From Eledone cirrhosa (taxonomy: Eukaryota), in the NCBI GenBank assembly GCA_964016885.1, contig OZ024746.1:72168001-72232000 (forward strand): a stretch of DNA of 64,000 nt, read 5' to 3'. A program made the position numbers and the translations under genes. The first letter of the stretch is position 1. Each line of letters starts with the position of its first letter. Positions 40,296 to 54,989 of the stretch are shown here, piece after piece. The notes beneath the pieces are model-generated. The model was not told where the DNA came from. It did no database searches and saw only the letters and a list, made by a program, of their open reading frames with translations.

Positions 40296-40829
40296 TGCGT
40301 GCGTGTGTGTTTATGTATGTGGAAAAAGATAGGAGTCTAATAACATCGGGTAAATGACCATAATCCGTATGCCGAATTCTATATGGTGTATTCAGTGTGG
40401 GCAGTGAACGTACAAAAGATATATATATATATATATATATATCATCATCATCATAATCATCATCATCGTCATCATCATCGTTTGACGTCCATCTTCCACG
40501 CTAGCATGGGTTAGACGGTTTTGTTCCATTTGATGCGGGAATGGTCGGGAGACCGTGTCTCGCTCGTACGGAAGTGTCTCTGGCAGGTTTTCTACGGCTG
40601 GATGCCCTTCCTAACACCAACCACATTTACAGTGTGGACTGTTGTGTCACCGACACAGTGGACGGAACGGGAAAGGGAGGATGAGGTAGGGTATGTGGGG
40701 TGGGGTGTACATTGGGTTAAGCGGTGCCTGCTGACTGTAGGTTTATATGGCAGTCGGGTCGTCTGTACAACTGCATGGCGCCAAAGATCTCGATCCATAT
40801 AAATAATTATATATGGATTATGGTCATTT

Positions 40830-42565
40830 ACCCGATGGTATTAGAGTTCTATCCTATTTTCTGTTTGCTAAAGCTTTAGTCTTTACTAGGTTTACTTTGC
40901 GGTCTTTTGATTCCAGATATTGTTCCCATGTCTGGAACTTCTGCTCTGGTTCTACGGTTTCTACTATGAAGGATAGATCGTCAGCATATAGGAGTTCCCA
41001 TGGATCCTAGTCGAGAATTCCTCTAATATAGCTTGGAGGATTGTAATGAACAGGAGGGAGCTGAGAACTGATCTGTGGTGGACTCTCACCCGCACGTTAA
41101 ATTCGTTGCTGTAGACATTCTTAACCCTCACGCTGGTGACTGCACCCTGTAGATGGCTCGCACAGCTCTCATAAGCTTCCTGAATCCTCTCTAAATTACA
41201 GGGCGTGGGATTCTGCCAAAGGTCTTTTCTTGGTCAATAAGTGTTAAGTATAGTTGCTTATTTTAGCTAAGTACTATTGCATTTGTCTAACTAGGAAGAT
41301 GGCATCAGTAGTGCTTCTCCCCAATATAAAGCCAAACATCAACAACAATTCTATATCTAATCAACTTTGCTATTTCTCTTTCTGTAACCTTCATAACCTG
41401 ATCTGACAATTGGTGCCTCTGCAATTGCCTCTTTCTAGTGCGTTTCCTTTACCCGTGTAGCAGTTGACAATGATGCTACTACTCCATTCATTAGGTATGA
41501 CACCTTTCTGCATCACCTGATTTACTATATGAGTGACTAATCTGTGTCCTGGTCTACCAGATAGTTTAACCATCTCAACGACGATCTCTAAAGGGCCAGC
41601 TACCTTCCCTACTATTATTTCTTTAATTGCCTTATCTACCATAACGCTGTCAACTTTGATCGGTGGTCTCTCAGTGGCTTCTATTTGAGATGGAGCCGCA
41701 CTTTCCTATGCCTTCTCCTCTTTCAACAATCTCTCATAATAGCATTTCCATGCTTCTTTCTTTACGGTATCAGTATGGGCAAGTGTGCGACTGTCGTTTC
41801 ATAAAAACATCTTTCACACGACATCCTGGTTTTCTCTTGCACACTACAATTCGGAATACTTCAAGCTTCTGTTTCTCATATAGCGGTACATTAACAAACC
41901 TCTTACCTTTTTCATCTCCTCTTGATAAATTGACCTGACACCTAGCCTTTCTTCTAGCTATCTGGTATTATTCCTTGCTACCTCAGTTATTCCAAGCCTG
42001 ACTTAGATTTTATGACCCTGTCTACGATAGTATTCCACCACTACCACGTCACCTTCTGTCTACCTAGTACCCTTCCCCATTCCTAGATCCTGCTTGTGGC
42101 CCTCAGTAGCTTGTCTCGTAAGTGTTCCCAGTTGTCCACTATATTATACATTTCTAACTCCTAATCCCTCTTGTCAAGTGCTTCCTCTAGTATGTCGCTA
42201 AAGGTCTGGCTATTAAAATTCCATATCCTTCTTCTGCAGACTGCCTTAGATTTCTATATGCGCCAAGCTCAAACGCTTAAGTCACTAATCTTGAACATAT
42301 CTTTGTAGGTGCATTCTTTCCCAGGGAAACTTACTATTTACGAGCATCTGCATATCGTGTTTTCTAACGAGAATAAAGTCAATCTGTATCGTACATTCGA
42401 CTGATTTGCATATGATCAATTGACTGGCTGTTTTCCTGAAGTTGTGTTACAGATTGTCAAGTCATTTACCTCATAAATCTCTAAAGGCTTTCATTTCTCT
42501 TCAAGTCCATGGTCACTATGCACACTGAGGAATCTATTCTGGTGTTAGCCAATATGCCCAAAATA
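40830..42565 (-). mobile_element. Decayed RTE-type LINE (endonuclease end to RT)
   Basis: QIDFILVRK, GKVAGP, IIVNCYTGKGNALERGNCRG, STTDAIFLVRQMQ, HHRSVLSSLLF, WELLYADDL. Confidence 0.85.
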
Positions 42566-42592
42566 TATATATCTATATACACATATATATAT

Positions 42593-42672
<80 letters not shown>

Positions 42673-42885
42673 TTGATTAAACACACACGTACTTTCTTCC
42701 AGTATTTTTTTTCTTTCCTTCCTCTTCTTGCTCTCGTCTATCTTTCTATTTCTTTTATCTCTCATCTCTCTTTCGATGAAAGAATTACACCCGAAACGTT
42801 AAGACTCTTTCCTTACTAATGTTAAAGCAAATTTTAAAGCAATATACATCATCATTGTACTGTATATATATGTAAATATATATAT

Positions 42886-43055
<170 letters not shown>

Positions 43056-43162
43056 TCACAAAGCCATACCAGATTATCTTATAATTTGTTGTTGGTGTTG
43101 GTGTCGTCTAAAAAGCAATCATTTACAACAATTTACTGCAGTCACCTTTGTTTTCTGTTTAG

Positions 43163-43287
43163 GCAATTGGTCATCCACTCAAGTCCGGATATGCCATCCA
43201 AGTGATTAAAAAGAAACGTTTCCTCAGATACTTGTTTCTTTTTCCTAACAACCTCATCATTACTTCTTTGACCATGAAAGGAGCGCA
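43163..43287 (+). CDS. BCR/ABR-like exon 8 (AIGHPLKSGYAIQVIKKKRFLRYLFLFPNNLIITSLTMKGA; PH start)
   Basis: tctgtttag| and CA|gtgagt; R..FLF...L PH signature. Confidence 0.92.
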
Positions 43288-43473
43288 GTGAGTACCCTAC
43301 CTACTCTGAACTTCGAAATCTCAATGTATAACGCATAAGTGTTGACACTACCAATCTCTGCCTGAATAAAAAATACTATGTACTTGACAAACTGTGCATT
43401 ATTGGTATTCTGCACCACCGTACAGTCCATTCTTATATATCTACCTTATTTATCTATATTATCTATCTATTAA

Positions 43474-43665
43474 GGGTGGTGGAATGGCAGTATAGGTAGA
43501 GGGTCTGACGCCATGCTTTGCAGCAAAGAGTTACGGCCCATTATGATCTGAGTTCAAATCCTGCCGAGATTAACTTTGCCTTTCATCCTTACGGGGTCGA
43601 TAAAATAAAGTACCAGTAATGCATTGGGATAATTGCTGGCCTTGTGCCAAAAGTAGAAATAATTA
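43474..43665 (+). mobile_element. Full-length tRNA-derived SINE
   Basis: Matches the 59621-59810 consensus. Confidence 0.88.
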
Positions 43666-43690
43666 TGTAATAAACAATACAATACAATTA

Positions 43691-43762
43691 TTCCATTTAC
43701 CAAAGGTTTCACGAAGACAGGCGAGCTCAACAGAGACGTCTGAAATCGTTCATCAGAATGAA
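43691..43762 (-). ncRNA. Type I hammerhead ribozyme motif with long stem II
   Basis: UUCAUU-CUGAUGA-[ACGA...UCGU]-GAAA-CC UUU GG-UA|AAUGGA. Confidence 0.8.
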
Positions 43763-43763
43763 A

Positions 43764-43817
<54 letters not shown>

Positions 43818-44066
43818 ATATGTATAATGTGTATGTGTCGTAAGGTACGAGGTGGACCATAACGCACCAGTTTGGAATTAGCTGTCGAGATGGCCGGAGC
43901 TCATATATATATATATATGCCCATCCATCTTTCTAGCTAGCTAGTTATCTATACATACATACACACACACACGTATGCATACATACATACATACATACAT
44001 ACATACATACATACATACATACGTACGTACGTACGTACGTACGTACGTACGTACATACATACATAC

Positions 44067-44625
44067 AGACCAGATATTATGATATGGGACAGGGAGAAGA
44101 AAACATGCACAGTAGTGGAAATTAGCTGCCCAGCAGATGCCAATATAATATCAAAGATTAGTGAAAAGAAGAATATTTATGCAGAACTGATGAGAAATCT
44201 GCAGATACTCCACCCTGATTACACCTTCAGATTTATGCCTGTGATTATTGGGGCACTGGGATATGTTAGTAACTGCCTCAATACAAATCTTGAGAAGCTA
44301 GGCTTCACAGGAACAGAAAGAACACAACTAGTTAGGAAACTACAAGTACAATCCATTAATGGAACAGTAAAAATATGTAAAACATTCTAAAAATGTTGCA
44401 TCTAATAACTGCATATACACATGTACAGATACAAAGCATATACACATGCACACATACACATCCACACATACAATAACATCCATATCTACACATGCATGCA
44501 TACATACATAATCTACCTAGTTGATGTTGTGTAAATTCCAATGAGAGAGTCTTGTGTCTATGTTAGAAACCGACTCTCTCTCTATTGGGAAAAACTTTGT
44601 GAAATTATAAAACCAGAAGAACATA
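44067..44625 (+). mobile_element. 3' end of a restriction-like-endonuclease (R2/R4/Dong-type) LINE inside (TACA)n
   Basis: RPDIMIWDREKKTCTVVEISCP..N...K...Y..L..PVIIGALG. Confidence 0.85.
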
Positions 44626-44715
44626 TATACATACATACATACATACATACATACATACATACATACATACATACATACATACATACATACATACATACAT
44701 ACATACATACATACA

Positions 44716-45726
44716 TGGTGGCTGCCAACTCGTTTTCGAGTACGGCCACTACTTTATATCCATGTAGGAGAACCCCTATCGATGCGCTGAACGAGTGTGA
44801 CTTTTTAGTCCAGCCAGCGACTTGAACACTCTGGTACAAACACTACACTTGTGACAATTATTGGTACCATGTGACGACAAGTTCAGAGAGATCTCAAGAT
44901 ATGAAGCAATGCCTGTGCCGTGAAGCTTTTATAGTGAGCAAAGGCACTGCACAAAGCCAGTCCCACTCTCTTAACCAAGATGATATTTACCAAAAAGAAG
45001 AAGAAGTCAACATCATTGGATACCATCAGGGTTGCAGGTGTTATATCAGAGTTTTCCTTCTCCTAGAATTCTGCCTTGACAAAGGCTAAGGGGTCATCTC
45101 TCCCGGTGATTTTGGATGGCCATTGACTCATAAGAGCTCCTTTGCCCTTTGACAGGATTTGTTTTTAGTCATGTAGGATGTCCAAAGTCCCCCTCCTCAC
45201 CAAGAAAACTTGGTGGGGTTGCCAGTTTAGTCGCCAACGACCCAACCATGAGACATACATACATACATACATACATACATACATACATACATACATACAT
45301 ACATACATACATACATACATGGTGGCTGCCAACTCGTTTTCGAGTACGGCCACTACTTCATATCCATGTAGGAGAACCCCTACCGATACGCTGAACGAGT
45401 GTGACTTTTTAGTCCAGCCAGCGTATTGAAAACTCTGGTACAAACACTACACCTGTGACAATTATTGACACATAGAGCTAGGCTCATGGTACCATGTGAC
45501 GACAAGTGCAGAGAGATCTCCAGATATAAAGCAATGCCTGTGTCGTGAAGCTTTTATAGTGAGCAAAGGCACTGCACAAAGCCAGTCCCACTCTCTTAAC
45601 CAAGATGATATTTACCAAAAAGAACAAGTCAACATCATTGGATACCATCAGGGTTGCAGGTGTTATATCAGAGTTTTCCTTCTCCTAGAATTCTGCCTTG
45701 ACAAAGGCTAAGGGGTCATCTCTCCC
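44716..45726. repeat. Tandem duplication of a ~400-bp unit (44716-45103 and 45320-45726) bounded by (TACA)n
   Basis: Near-identical sequence; duplicated ORF-track peptides MTTS.ERS.D.KQCLCREAF... Confidence 0.9.
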
Positions 45727-45742
45727 ATACATACATACATAC

Positions 45743-45773
<31 letters not shown>

Positions 45774-45842
45774 CATGCATACATGCATACATACATACAT
45801 ACATACATACTGTTTCTATACCTAAAGTTTCCTATTCTACAG

Positions 45843-45910
45843 AGGTGTCTTCTACGAGAGTGTTGATGTCATCCGTATAGGCAAACACATGACCAATGTA
45901 GAGAAAAGTG
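45843..45910 (+). CDS. BCR/ABR-like exon 9 (GVFYESVDVIRIGKHMTNVEKS)
   Basis: ttctacag| and G|gtaagt; phase 2/1 fits both neighbours. Confidence 0.82.
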
Positions 45911-45970
45911 GTAAGTAGCACCAAAATACAGGACCCGAATACCGACCATTGTATCTATATGTCGTCTACA

Positions 45971-46278
<308 letters not shown>

Positions 46279-46510
46279 TGAATGTGTGTAAGGCGGCGAT
46301 TTGGCAGAGTCATTAGAAGGTCGGATAGAATGGTTTATAGTATTAGTTCTGGCTCTCTGCTCTCGGAGTTACAAAACCCGCCGAGGTCAATTTTACCTTT
46401 CATCATTTCGAGGTCGATAAAAAAGAAGTACCAGTCCAGTACTGGAGTCGATTCCTCCTCTATATCACTTTTCCATTCCCCACCCCCCACACACACACAC
46501 GCACACACAC

Positions 46511-46547
<37 letters not shown>

Positions 46548-46614
46548 GGTAAAACTTTATTTTAAAAATCAAACCAGAAGAACATGCATACATACCATTA
46601 TTTACCATGTCTTA

Positions 46615-47007
46615 GGGCGGTAGATTGGCAGTATCGTTGGAGGGTCGGACGCCATGCTTACCAGCATAGTTACGTCCCTTTACGATCTGAGTTCAAATCC
46701 CGCCGAGGTTGACTTTGCCTTTCATCCTTACGAGGTCGATAAAATAAAGTACCAGTAATGCACTGGGTAATTGCTGGCCTTGTTCCTAACGTAGAAACAA
46801 TTATTTACCATGTCTTGGCGGTGGATTGGCAGTATCGGTAGAGGGTCGGACGTCATGCTTTGACGCATAGAGTTACGGCCCTTGCCATTCTGAGTTCAAA
46901 TCCCGCCGAGGTTAACTTTGCCTTTCATCCTTACGGGGTCGATAAAATAAAGTACCAGTAATGTACTGGGTAATTTCTGGCCTTGTGCCAAAAGTAGAAA
47001 CAATTAT
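46615..47007 (+). mobile_element. Two head-to-tail SINE copies sharing a triplicated target-site duplication
   Basis: attatttaccatgtctt at ~46597, ~46800 and ~47003. Confidence 0.88.
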
Positions 47008-47043
47008 TTACCATGTCTTTTACCATTCTTTCTTTCGTTGCAG

Positions 47044-47150
47044 TGAACAGGAGTGATTACTCATACAATGAAGTGCTGAGGAATTTGAAAAGTTGGCACG
47101 ATCATAGAAATATATTAAGGAGTGTTACAGGAAAACTCGAAACTATGTTT
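47044..47150 (+). CDS. BCR/ABR-like exon 10 (NRSDYSYNEVLRNLKSWHDHRNILRSVTGKLETMF; PH helical insert)
   Basis: ttcgttgcag| and TTT|gtaagt; phase 1/0. Confidence 0.85.
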
Positions 47151-48615
47151 GTAAGTTATTAACTACTTTAACCTTACATAAGGCGGCGCTTTCAGCAGAA
47201 TCTTTGGAACATCGAATGCTGTGCCCCCAACTCTCTGAGCTGGAAGTTCAAATTCCAGCGAGATACTTTGGGGATCGATAGATAAAGTACCAATTCAGTA
47301 TTGGGATTGATTATTCCTCTATTTCTCTTTCTCGCTTCCTCCTTCATTTTCCTTTTCTTGGCAAGAAATTGGCTGCGTTCAGATCTTGAGAGGGATGACT
47401 CCGCCAGGTTTAAATGTATATGACACGTCGTATGTCACAACGTTGCCCTTGCGACGCTATCAGGATTTAAGGGTTGATGGAACCTTATGCAACTAGTTGA
47501 TTTGCCATAATCGTTAGAACTTTGGATATTTATTCTGGCTCTCGTTTTTCTGAGTTCAAATCCCAGTAATAGCGCAGCCTTTTCTCCTTCCATCTGTCAC
47601 ATTGAGAAGGTGTCTCTGTCCACTTGCGACTGCGTCGGCACGTAAATCCTTAGTTAAAACATGGTACACATACTAATTCATACTTGATGTGCGAGTGACG
47701 GCTATAGTTTAGTGGGGGGAGGGGTTAATCCTACATATATTCCCTATTCAATCTGAAAGGTTTCGTGTAAAGCCGTGGGCTGGGGGATAACAACATCGTT
47801 TTTCTCTACTCTCCATTAAAAGGTAATCTCATTATTGCGAAACAATCTTCTTAGTCAATTACTCATATTGCATCGCCTGTGGCATCTTGGTCAATTGTCT
47901 TTGCTGTAGCGTCGGGTCGAGTTGAATTGGGTAGGCAAAAACGGTAACGTAGACCATCGGATGACTATTGCACTTGTAAGTGAAATGTCCAGCCTTGTTG
48001 GATAGTGTCACGGTGAATCTCCGTCGAATATTCAGCATTTTCTATTTCTTTCCCTTATACTTTCACTCGTGGACATCTGAGCGACAGTAGCTATAACCCG
48101 AAAAGAAGAAAAGATCAACATCATTGGTAACTACTGAGCCGCAGGTTAACCCAGTTTCCTGAGTTGCCTTCTTCTAGAAGAATTCTCTGACAAAGGCTAG
48201 GGGGTCCTTCACTCCCAGTGGTTTAACCGCGCGATCGGGTGTCCAGCTCGACTATTTCTATGTCCCCGCGCATATACATATACATGCACCCATGTATATG
48301 TATATATATACATATATACATATACATACGTATGTACATGTGTATATACATATTTACACACTTTTGGATGGCCGTTGACTCTTATGAGTTCTTCCGCCCT
48401 TTATCAGGGTTTTTTTTTGTCCTGCAGGGTGTCTAAAATCACCCTCCTCACCAAGTTAACTTGGTGGAGTTGCCGGTTTAGTCGCCGACGACCCGACCAT
48501 GCGCCAGGTTGTACTGGGTTACATGTTACCAGTAGCACTCAAGAGTGACCCGACATAACATACATACATACATACATACATACATAGAGAGAGAGAGAGA
48601 GAGAGAGGCAGAGAG

Positions 48616-48653
<38 letters not shown>

Positions 48654-48839
48654 GGAGAAACACACACAGACAGACACAGACACAAACACACAACACAACT
48701 ACAGTACCAATAATCCTAGCATTAAATGCAATAGGAACAATAATATTACCAACAAGAATAACTGTAGTAGGATCAGCATCCTCATCATCATCAACATCAT
48801 CAATAACAACAACAATAGCAAACAATAGAGACAGACATG

Positions 48840-48899
<60 letters not shown>

Positions 48900-48904
48900 T
48901 GTGT

Positions 48905-48938
<34 letters not shown>

Positions 48939-48964
48939 GTGTGTGTGTGTGTGTGTGTGTGTGT

Positions 48965-49029
<65 letters not shown>

Positions 49030-49069
49030 ATGGAGAGACATAAAGATTAGAGAGAGCGGAGATAGATAA

Positions 49070-49130
<61 letters not shown>

Positions 49131-49275
49131 CAGATTGATAGATAGAGCGAGAGAGATAGATAGATATATTTCTTTATTAGCCACAGGGGCACAAAAGAAG
49201 GGGACAAATACAAAGGGGGAAGTTTACATACAATAAAAACGTGTAAAATGTTATCACAGATGGAATTTAAAAGAG

Positions 49276-49310
<35 letters not shown>

Positions 49311-50145
49311 CAGATTGATAGATAGAGCGAGAGAGATAGATAGATAGATAGAGAGAAAGAGAGTCATACAAAAGAAAAAAAAATGGAAGGAAAAAAATAC
49401 GAAAAAATGAAATTTTTCAAGCGAAATTTATTTCCCCTTTTCGAAATTAAATCTAATCATAATCCCAGAGTGTGGCGCCACTATGTCAATAGTTTATGAT
49501 CCACCCATATATATATATATATATGTTAACTGAATATACATACATTACCGTACATATAGAAGCATATATGCATACAATATTTACCGTACATACATATATA
49601 AACGTACATATAATCTTTTCCGTACATACATACACACATATATAAACACACCTACAATATTTACCGTACATACATACACATAATATTTTCCATACATACA
49701 CACGCATAGAAATACATAAATTTACTAATCATACATATATTTGCAGAACAAACATACGCATATATAAACATACAATATTTATCGTACATATATACAAACA
49801 CAGAAGAAAATTTTCCAACTAAATAACAAAATGAGAAAAACAAACAAACACACAAACAAAAAAATCCACAAAAACAACAAAATAAAAGCCCACTAATATC
49901 GAACAATGAAATAAATAAATAATTATATAAGCGATAATCATCGAAGTATAGAAACAGTACATTTGAGCACATGTGCATGTGTATGTGTGAGTGTATGTGA
50001 ATGTGTTTAGATTTAAACGAAAGATTTTTCAAGAATTTGTTATATATGTCATATGTAAATACACATATACGCACACATACTCACACAAACACACGCATAC
50101 ACAAACACACTTATATATTCATATATATTCATATATATTATAAAC

Positions 50146-50179
<34 letters not shown>

Positions 50180-50212
50180 ATGTATATAAATAAATATATA
50201 TGTATATATATG

Positions 50213-50317
<105 letters not shown>

Positions 50318-50491
50318 ACAAGGTTTCAACATGACTAGAGCCGTTTCATTCGTATGAAATCATCAAGGCATTCCTGATGAAACAGTTCTAGTCCTGTAGA
50401 AGCCTTTTCTATATAAACATCTGTCGTCACTCTACATATATATTGAATACCTTATTTACTGTCGTTACTTCCGACTCAACTCGGGATCAGC

Positions 50492-50522
<31 letters not shown>

Positions 50523-50622
50523 ATTGAAGTTTCCGTTGAAAATTGAAAAAGTCATAGGAGTGAAGAGTGCTCTATGTAAGTTACAGAGCTAAATTTTATG
50601 TATAATAAACAATACAATAAAA

Positions 50623-50696
50623 TTACCTCATTACCAGAGGTTTCCCGAATAAGACGAATACAAGAAACGTCCTCATTCGTTCGTCAGACAAGGCAA
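50623..50696 (-). ncRNA. Type I hammerhead ribozyme motif
   Basis: GCCUUGU-CUGACGA-[ACGAAUGAGGACG..CGUCUUAUUCGG]-GAAA-CC UCU GG-UA|AUGAGGU. Confidence 0.75.
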
Positions 50697-51122
50697 TTTA
50701 AAACATAGTGAAATATTTGAAAAATCTCCTCAAGAAAGGCAAATGTTTAACGGGCAAAAAAAATATATAAATAAAAGTAATGCAAGAGATATATAAAAAT
50801 AAAATAAGGAAATATAGTAAGGGTATGTGTATAAATGTGTGTATATGCACCTACAAATGTACATATGTGTGTATGTACAAATGCATGTGTATAGTGAAAA
50901 AATGTGTGCGTAAGTACATACATGAGCGCAAGTATATCAGTGTATGTGTGACCACAAATACGTATATAATATATGTTGAAAAAAGAAATTGTAAGATAAT
51001 AGAGTTAAGATAAATTGTAAGATAATCAGAACAGCTCGAGGTGTGATCTGTTTGTGGATCGAACCGGACTCTGGATTCCCAAGTTCCTCAGATGTGTCTA
51101 GTGATTTCGAAGCAACCTTACT

Positions 51123-51163
<41 letters not shown>

Positions 51164-51676
51164 TCATCATCATCGTTTAAACGTCCATCTTCCACGCTAG
51201 CATGGGTTAGACGGGAGTTGTGCCACTTGAGGCAAGGTAGGTCGGGTGACCGTGTCTCGCTCGTATAGGACTATCTGGCAGGCTTTCTACGGCTGGATGC
51301 CCTTCCTAACACCAACCACATTTACAGTGTGGAACTGGGAACTTTTTTACAGTGTTACCTACACGGCCACATTACAGCGTAGACTGTGAGTAGTTTTTTT
51401 TTTTAGTATATATATATATATATATATCATATTTTTGACTTAGCTCCGTTTAATTGATTATTTGTCTAGTTAATTTCTACGGGCTAAGAGGAAAGACTAG
51501 ATAAATTTTATCTCACTGTTCCCCGCAGAAAATAGTCTGTATCATTTGTCTATTTTTTCTTCATAGTTTCATTTTAAACTTATAGCCCCGTTTAAATGAT
51601 TATTTATGTAGTTGATTTCTACGAACTAGGGTGAAGAAAAACTCGGTATATTTTATCTAATAATATTTGAACTTGC

Positions 51677-51736
<60 letters not shown>

Positions 51737-51951
51737 AACCTATATTGTATTATATTGTATTATTTTATGTATTTTCATTTCTTATACAAATGTCAGTTTT
51801 GAATTAACTTGACTAGTTCCATCGACTCCTGGGTGTCAGTATCGGCCATTTTGAATAACCCTGATATAGATGCCCTCACTGTGTCTAGTGTTGTTGTCGT
51901 TGAAAGGAATCACGTGGCGCTGTTTATTTTTCTTTGCTTTACATTTCTTAG

Positions 51952-52005
51952 GCTCCATGGCATCGGATGAAAATCAAGTTACTTGAACGCACAATTAGTA
52001 GAAAG
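51952..52005 (+). CDS. BCR/ABR-like exon 11 (APWHRMKIKLLERTISRK)
   Basis: tttcttag| and AAG|gtgagt; phase 0/0. Confidence 0.82.
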
Positions 52006-52472
52006 GTGAGTAGTCGTCATATTCCTGCTTACTACAATTATAAAGAAACACCTCACCGGAAATCTTTGTCAAAAGAAGCGGTAGCTCTGTAGCCACTTTC
52101 AATCCACTGCAGGATGAAGCCTCAGCCATTATGTTGGTATTATGCCTATCTGTCCAACCCCGGACGCAAAGAACCAGAGCACATACCGCAAAACATCCCA
52201 TTCGGCCTTCTAACAATTCCACCAACCCACCGTATTACTAGTTCTCTAATACTACTATATCTCTGGTATTTTTTCTAATAGTACTACTAATAATAATAAT
52301 AATACTGCATATACTGCTAATAATATTATTACTACTAATACTATTAATGAGGGATGGCCGAATTGGCAGAGTCGGTATAATATCGGATAGAATGCTCCGA
52401 ACACTCCGGCCCCCAAACCCCCACCGAGGTGAACTTTCATCCTTACCAGATTGAGAAATAAAATATCAGTCC

Positions 52473-52534
<62 letters not shown>

Positions 52535-53158
52535 ATTCTTTTCTTGAAGAAATGCAATGGTAGTCTTGCCTCTCTCATTCCCACTATCTTCTCTTTCTTG
52601 GCTTTTGGGCTCTCTCCCTTTCCCTCTCTACTATATGTGTCTGTTGCTTTTGTTCTGAATTTATCTACAACACTTCCTTACTCAGCATCTCTCTTGTCCA
52701 AATCCGCAGTCACTGCCGCTGCTGCTGTTGCTGTTGTTGTCGTCGCTGCTGTTTCTTTGCTGTTATATTGTTGTCGCTGCCGCGCTGCTGCTCTTGCTAT
52801 TGTTGTTGTTGTTGTTGCTGGTTACGGTAAGCCTGCCATCTGGAGTGGTAGTAGCAGTAACATCAGTGACGTTGGTGGTGAGGGTGGTGACGATTGTCTC
52901 GACCTTTGAGTCAGTGTCACGTGATCGCTAGCTCAAGGTGAGAAGGCGTATTTCGTCCATTTTTGTTTAACGCTTGTAGTCTTTGGAAACAAAAATTAAA
53001 GTTAAAATATTATAGGAACTCCCTTCTTCAGGTCAAAGGGTGTTAAGTCTCTTTTGCAACAAAAATTATAACAAACAAGCGCTTCAAACAGATAAATTTA
53101 ACAAACTTACTGGGAGTGAAGAAATACACCTCAGAGCGATTCAAATGTCAACAGCACC

Positions 53159-53206
<48 letters not shown>

Positions 53207-53263
53207 AATAATAATAATGATAATAATAATAATAACGCCAGCAACACTGCAATTTCTCTGCAG

Positions 53264-53405
53264 GAATTAACGATGATCTATCTCCTACCCACACTTCGAT
53301 TGACTGTAAAAGACGTTATCAACGAAAGTGCTTACCATTTTATTTTCTCATCCCATTGCGAGCTGGAATCATGGAAGAATCTCATTGAAGAAAATAACTA
53401 CCAAT
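53264..53405 (+). CDS. BCR/ABR-like exon 12 (ELTMIYLLPTLRLTV...AYHFIFSSHCELESWKNLIEENNYQ; PH end)
   Basis: ttctctgcag| and T|gtatgt; Y.F..SS..E...W...I PH C-terminal helix. Confidence 0.92.
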
Positions 53406-53700
53406 GTATGTAAGCGTTTCATTCATGTGTATATATAACATATATGGCTTAATGGTTTGAGCATTTGGTTCTTGATTGTAAGAACATGAGTTCGATTCCC
53501 AACAGTGCGTTGTGTCTTTCACGTTATTCTAGTCCACAGTTGTAGCTGTAATTCAAAGGATCAGTCTTGTCACACATCGTGCCATGCACAATTTAATCTA
53601 GGATTAAGTTAAAGGCATATATGTCTGTGAGATTATCAATACAATCACTTGTGTATCAATTTCACGTTGAATATTCGTTGTTGAAACTAACACACACACA

Positions 53701-53746
<46 letters not shown>

Positions 53747-54560
53747 GTAGAGCCATGACCATCGCACCATTATCATTATTTGGAATAGTATAGGGATAGG
53801 CTGGAAGAATCAGTAGAGCAAAGGACACAAGGCTTTGTAATATTTAATTACGATTTTCTACATTTCTGAGATCAAATGATTTACAGACTTTTTTTGCTTG
53901 TCGAAGATATCTTACTTCGAAGTTTTTGTTTTCGAAGAAATGTGTTCGAAGAATAGTCCGTAAGCGGATCAAATACCGCTGAGGTCAACTTTGCCTTTCA
54001 TCCTTCCAGGATCTATAAAAATAATGTATTAGTTAAGTACTGGGTCGACGTAGTTAAGTACTGGGTCGACATAATTGACTTTTCCCTTCTGCCAAATTTC
54101 AGGCCTTGTGTCAACGTTAGAAAGAATGATTATCTTGAGGCATAGTGCGGTGGTGGGATGACAGAATCGTTAGAGTATCGGACTAAATGCTTTGCACTAT
54201 TTGTTTTGATTCTTTACATTCTGAGTTCAAATGCTGCCGAGGTCAACTTTCGATAAAATAGTCAAATAAAATAGTCAAATACTAAGGTCGGTTTAATCGA
54301 CTTAAACCATTCTCCCCAAATATTGTACAAACATTAGAAACTATTATCAGGCATATCCCTCACACCTTTAACTCAATTTCGTTCATCCTTCCTCAACACG
54401 TGACCTAACCATCTCCTACCATTTTTTTCATATTAGATTACAAAGCTAGGTAAAGTGTCTCAGTAGCCCTCTATCTTAGAAGGGAAATGTGGGAAGCAAG
54501 CTATAAAACGATTGATTGAATTACTTCACTTAACAGTATATGGTTTGTCTTCTACTTCAG

Positions 54561-54607
54561 ACAGTGAACTTCCTGTTTTATTGAATCATGTGAGAAACTT
54601 CTGCCAG
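54561..54607 (+). CDS. BCR/ABR-like exon 13 (YSELPVLLNHVRNFCQ)
   Basis: ctacttcag| and CAG|gtaaat; phase 1/0. Confidence 0.8.
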
Positions 54608-54868
54608 GTAAATATAAGTCTATATACGTCTGTATATTTAGAATTCATTTCACAAAAAAAAAGAAGCATTTTGTTCTAGTCATCAGAGTTGCTTTTTCTT
54701 TGCATTCTTCCGGGGGTGATAAATTAAAGTACCAGCAATCTACTAAGTGAGAGTCAATATAAATGACTTTACCCACCTCCCCCCAAAATCTAGCCTCATG
54801 TTTATGCTAAAAATTACTACTATTATTGTAATTATTATTATTATTCACTAGTTTTATTTTCATTGCGT

Positions 54869-54978
<110 letters not shown>

Positions 54979-54989
54979 TTATTTATTTA

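Noticed and set aside
52451-52940. Hydrophobic ORFs with nearby splice-like sites
   Set aside because: (GCT/GTT)n low complexity, a stop before the donor, and not needed for the gene model
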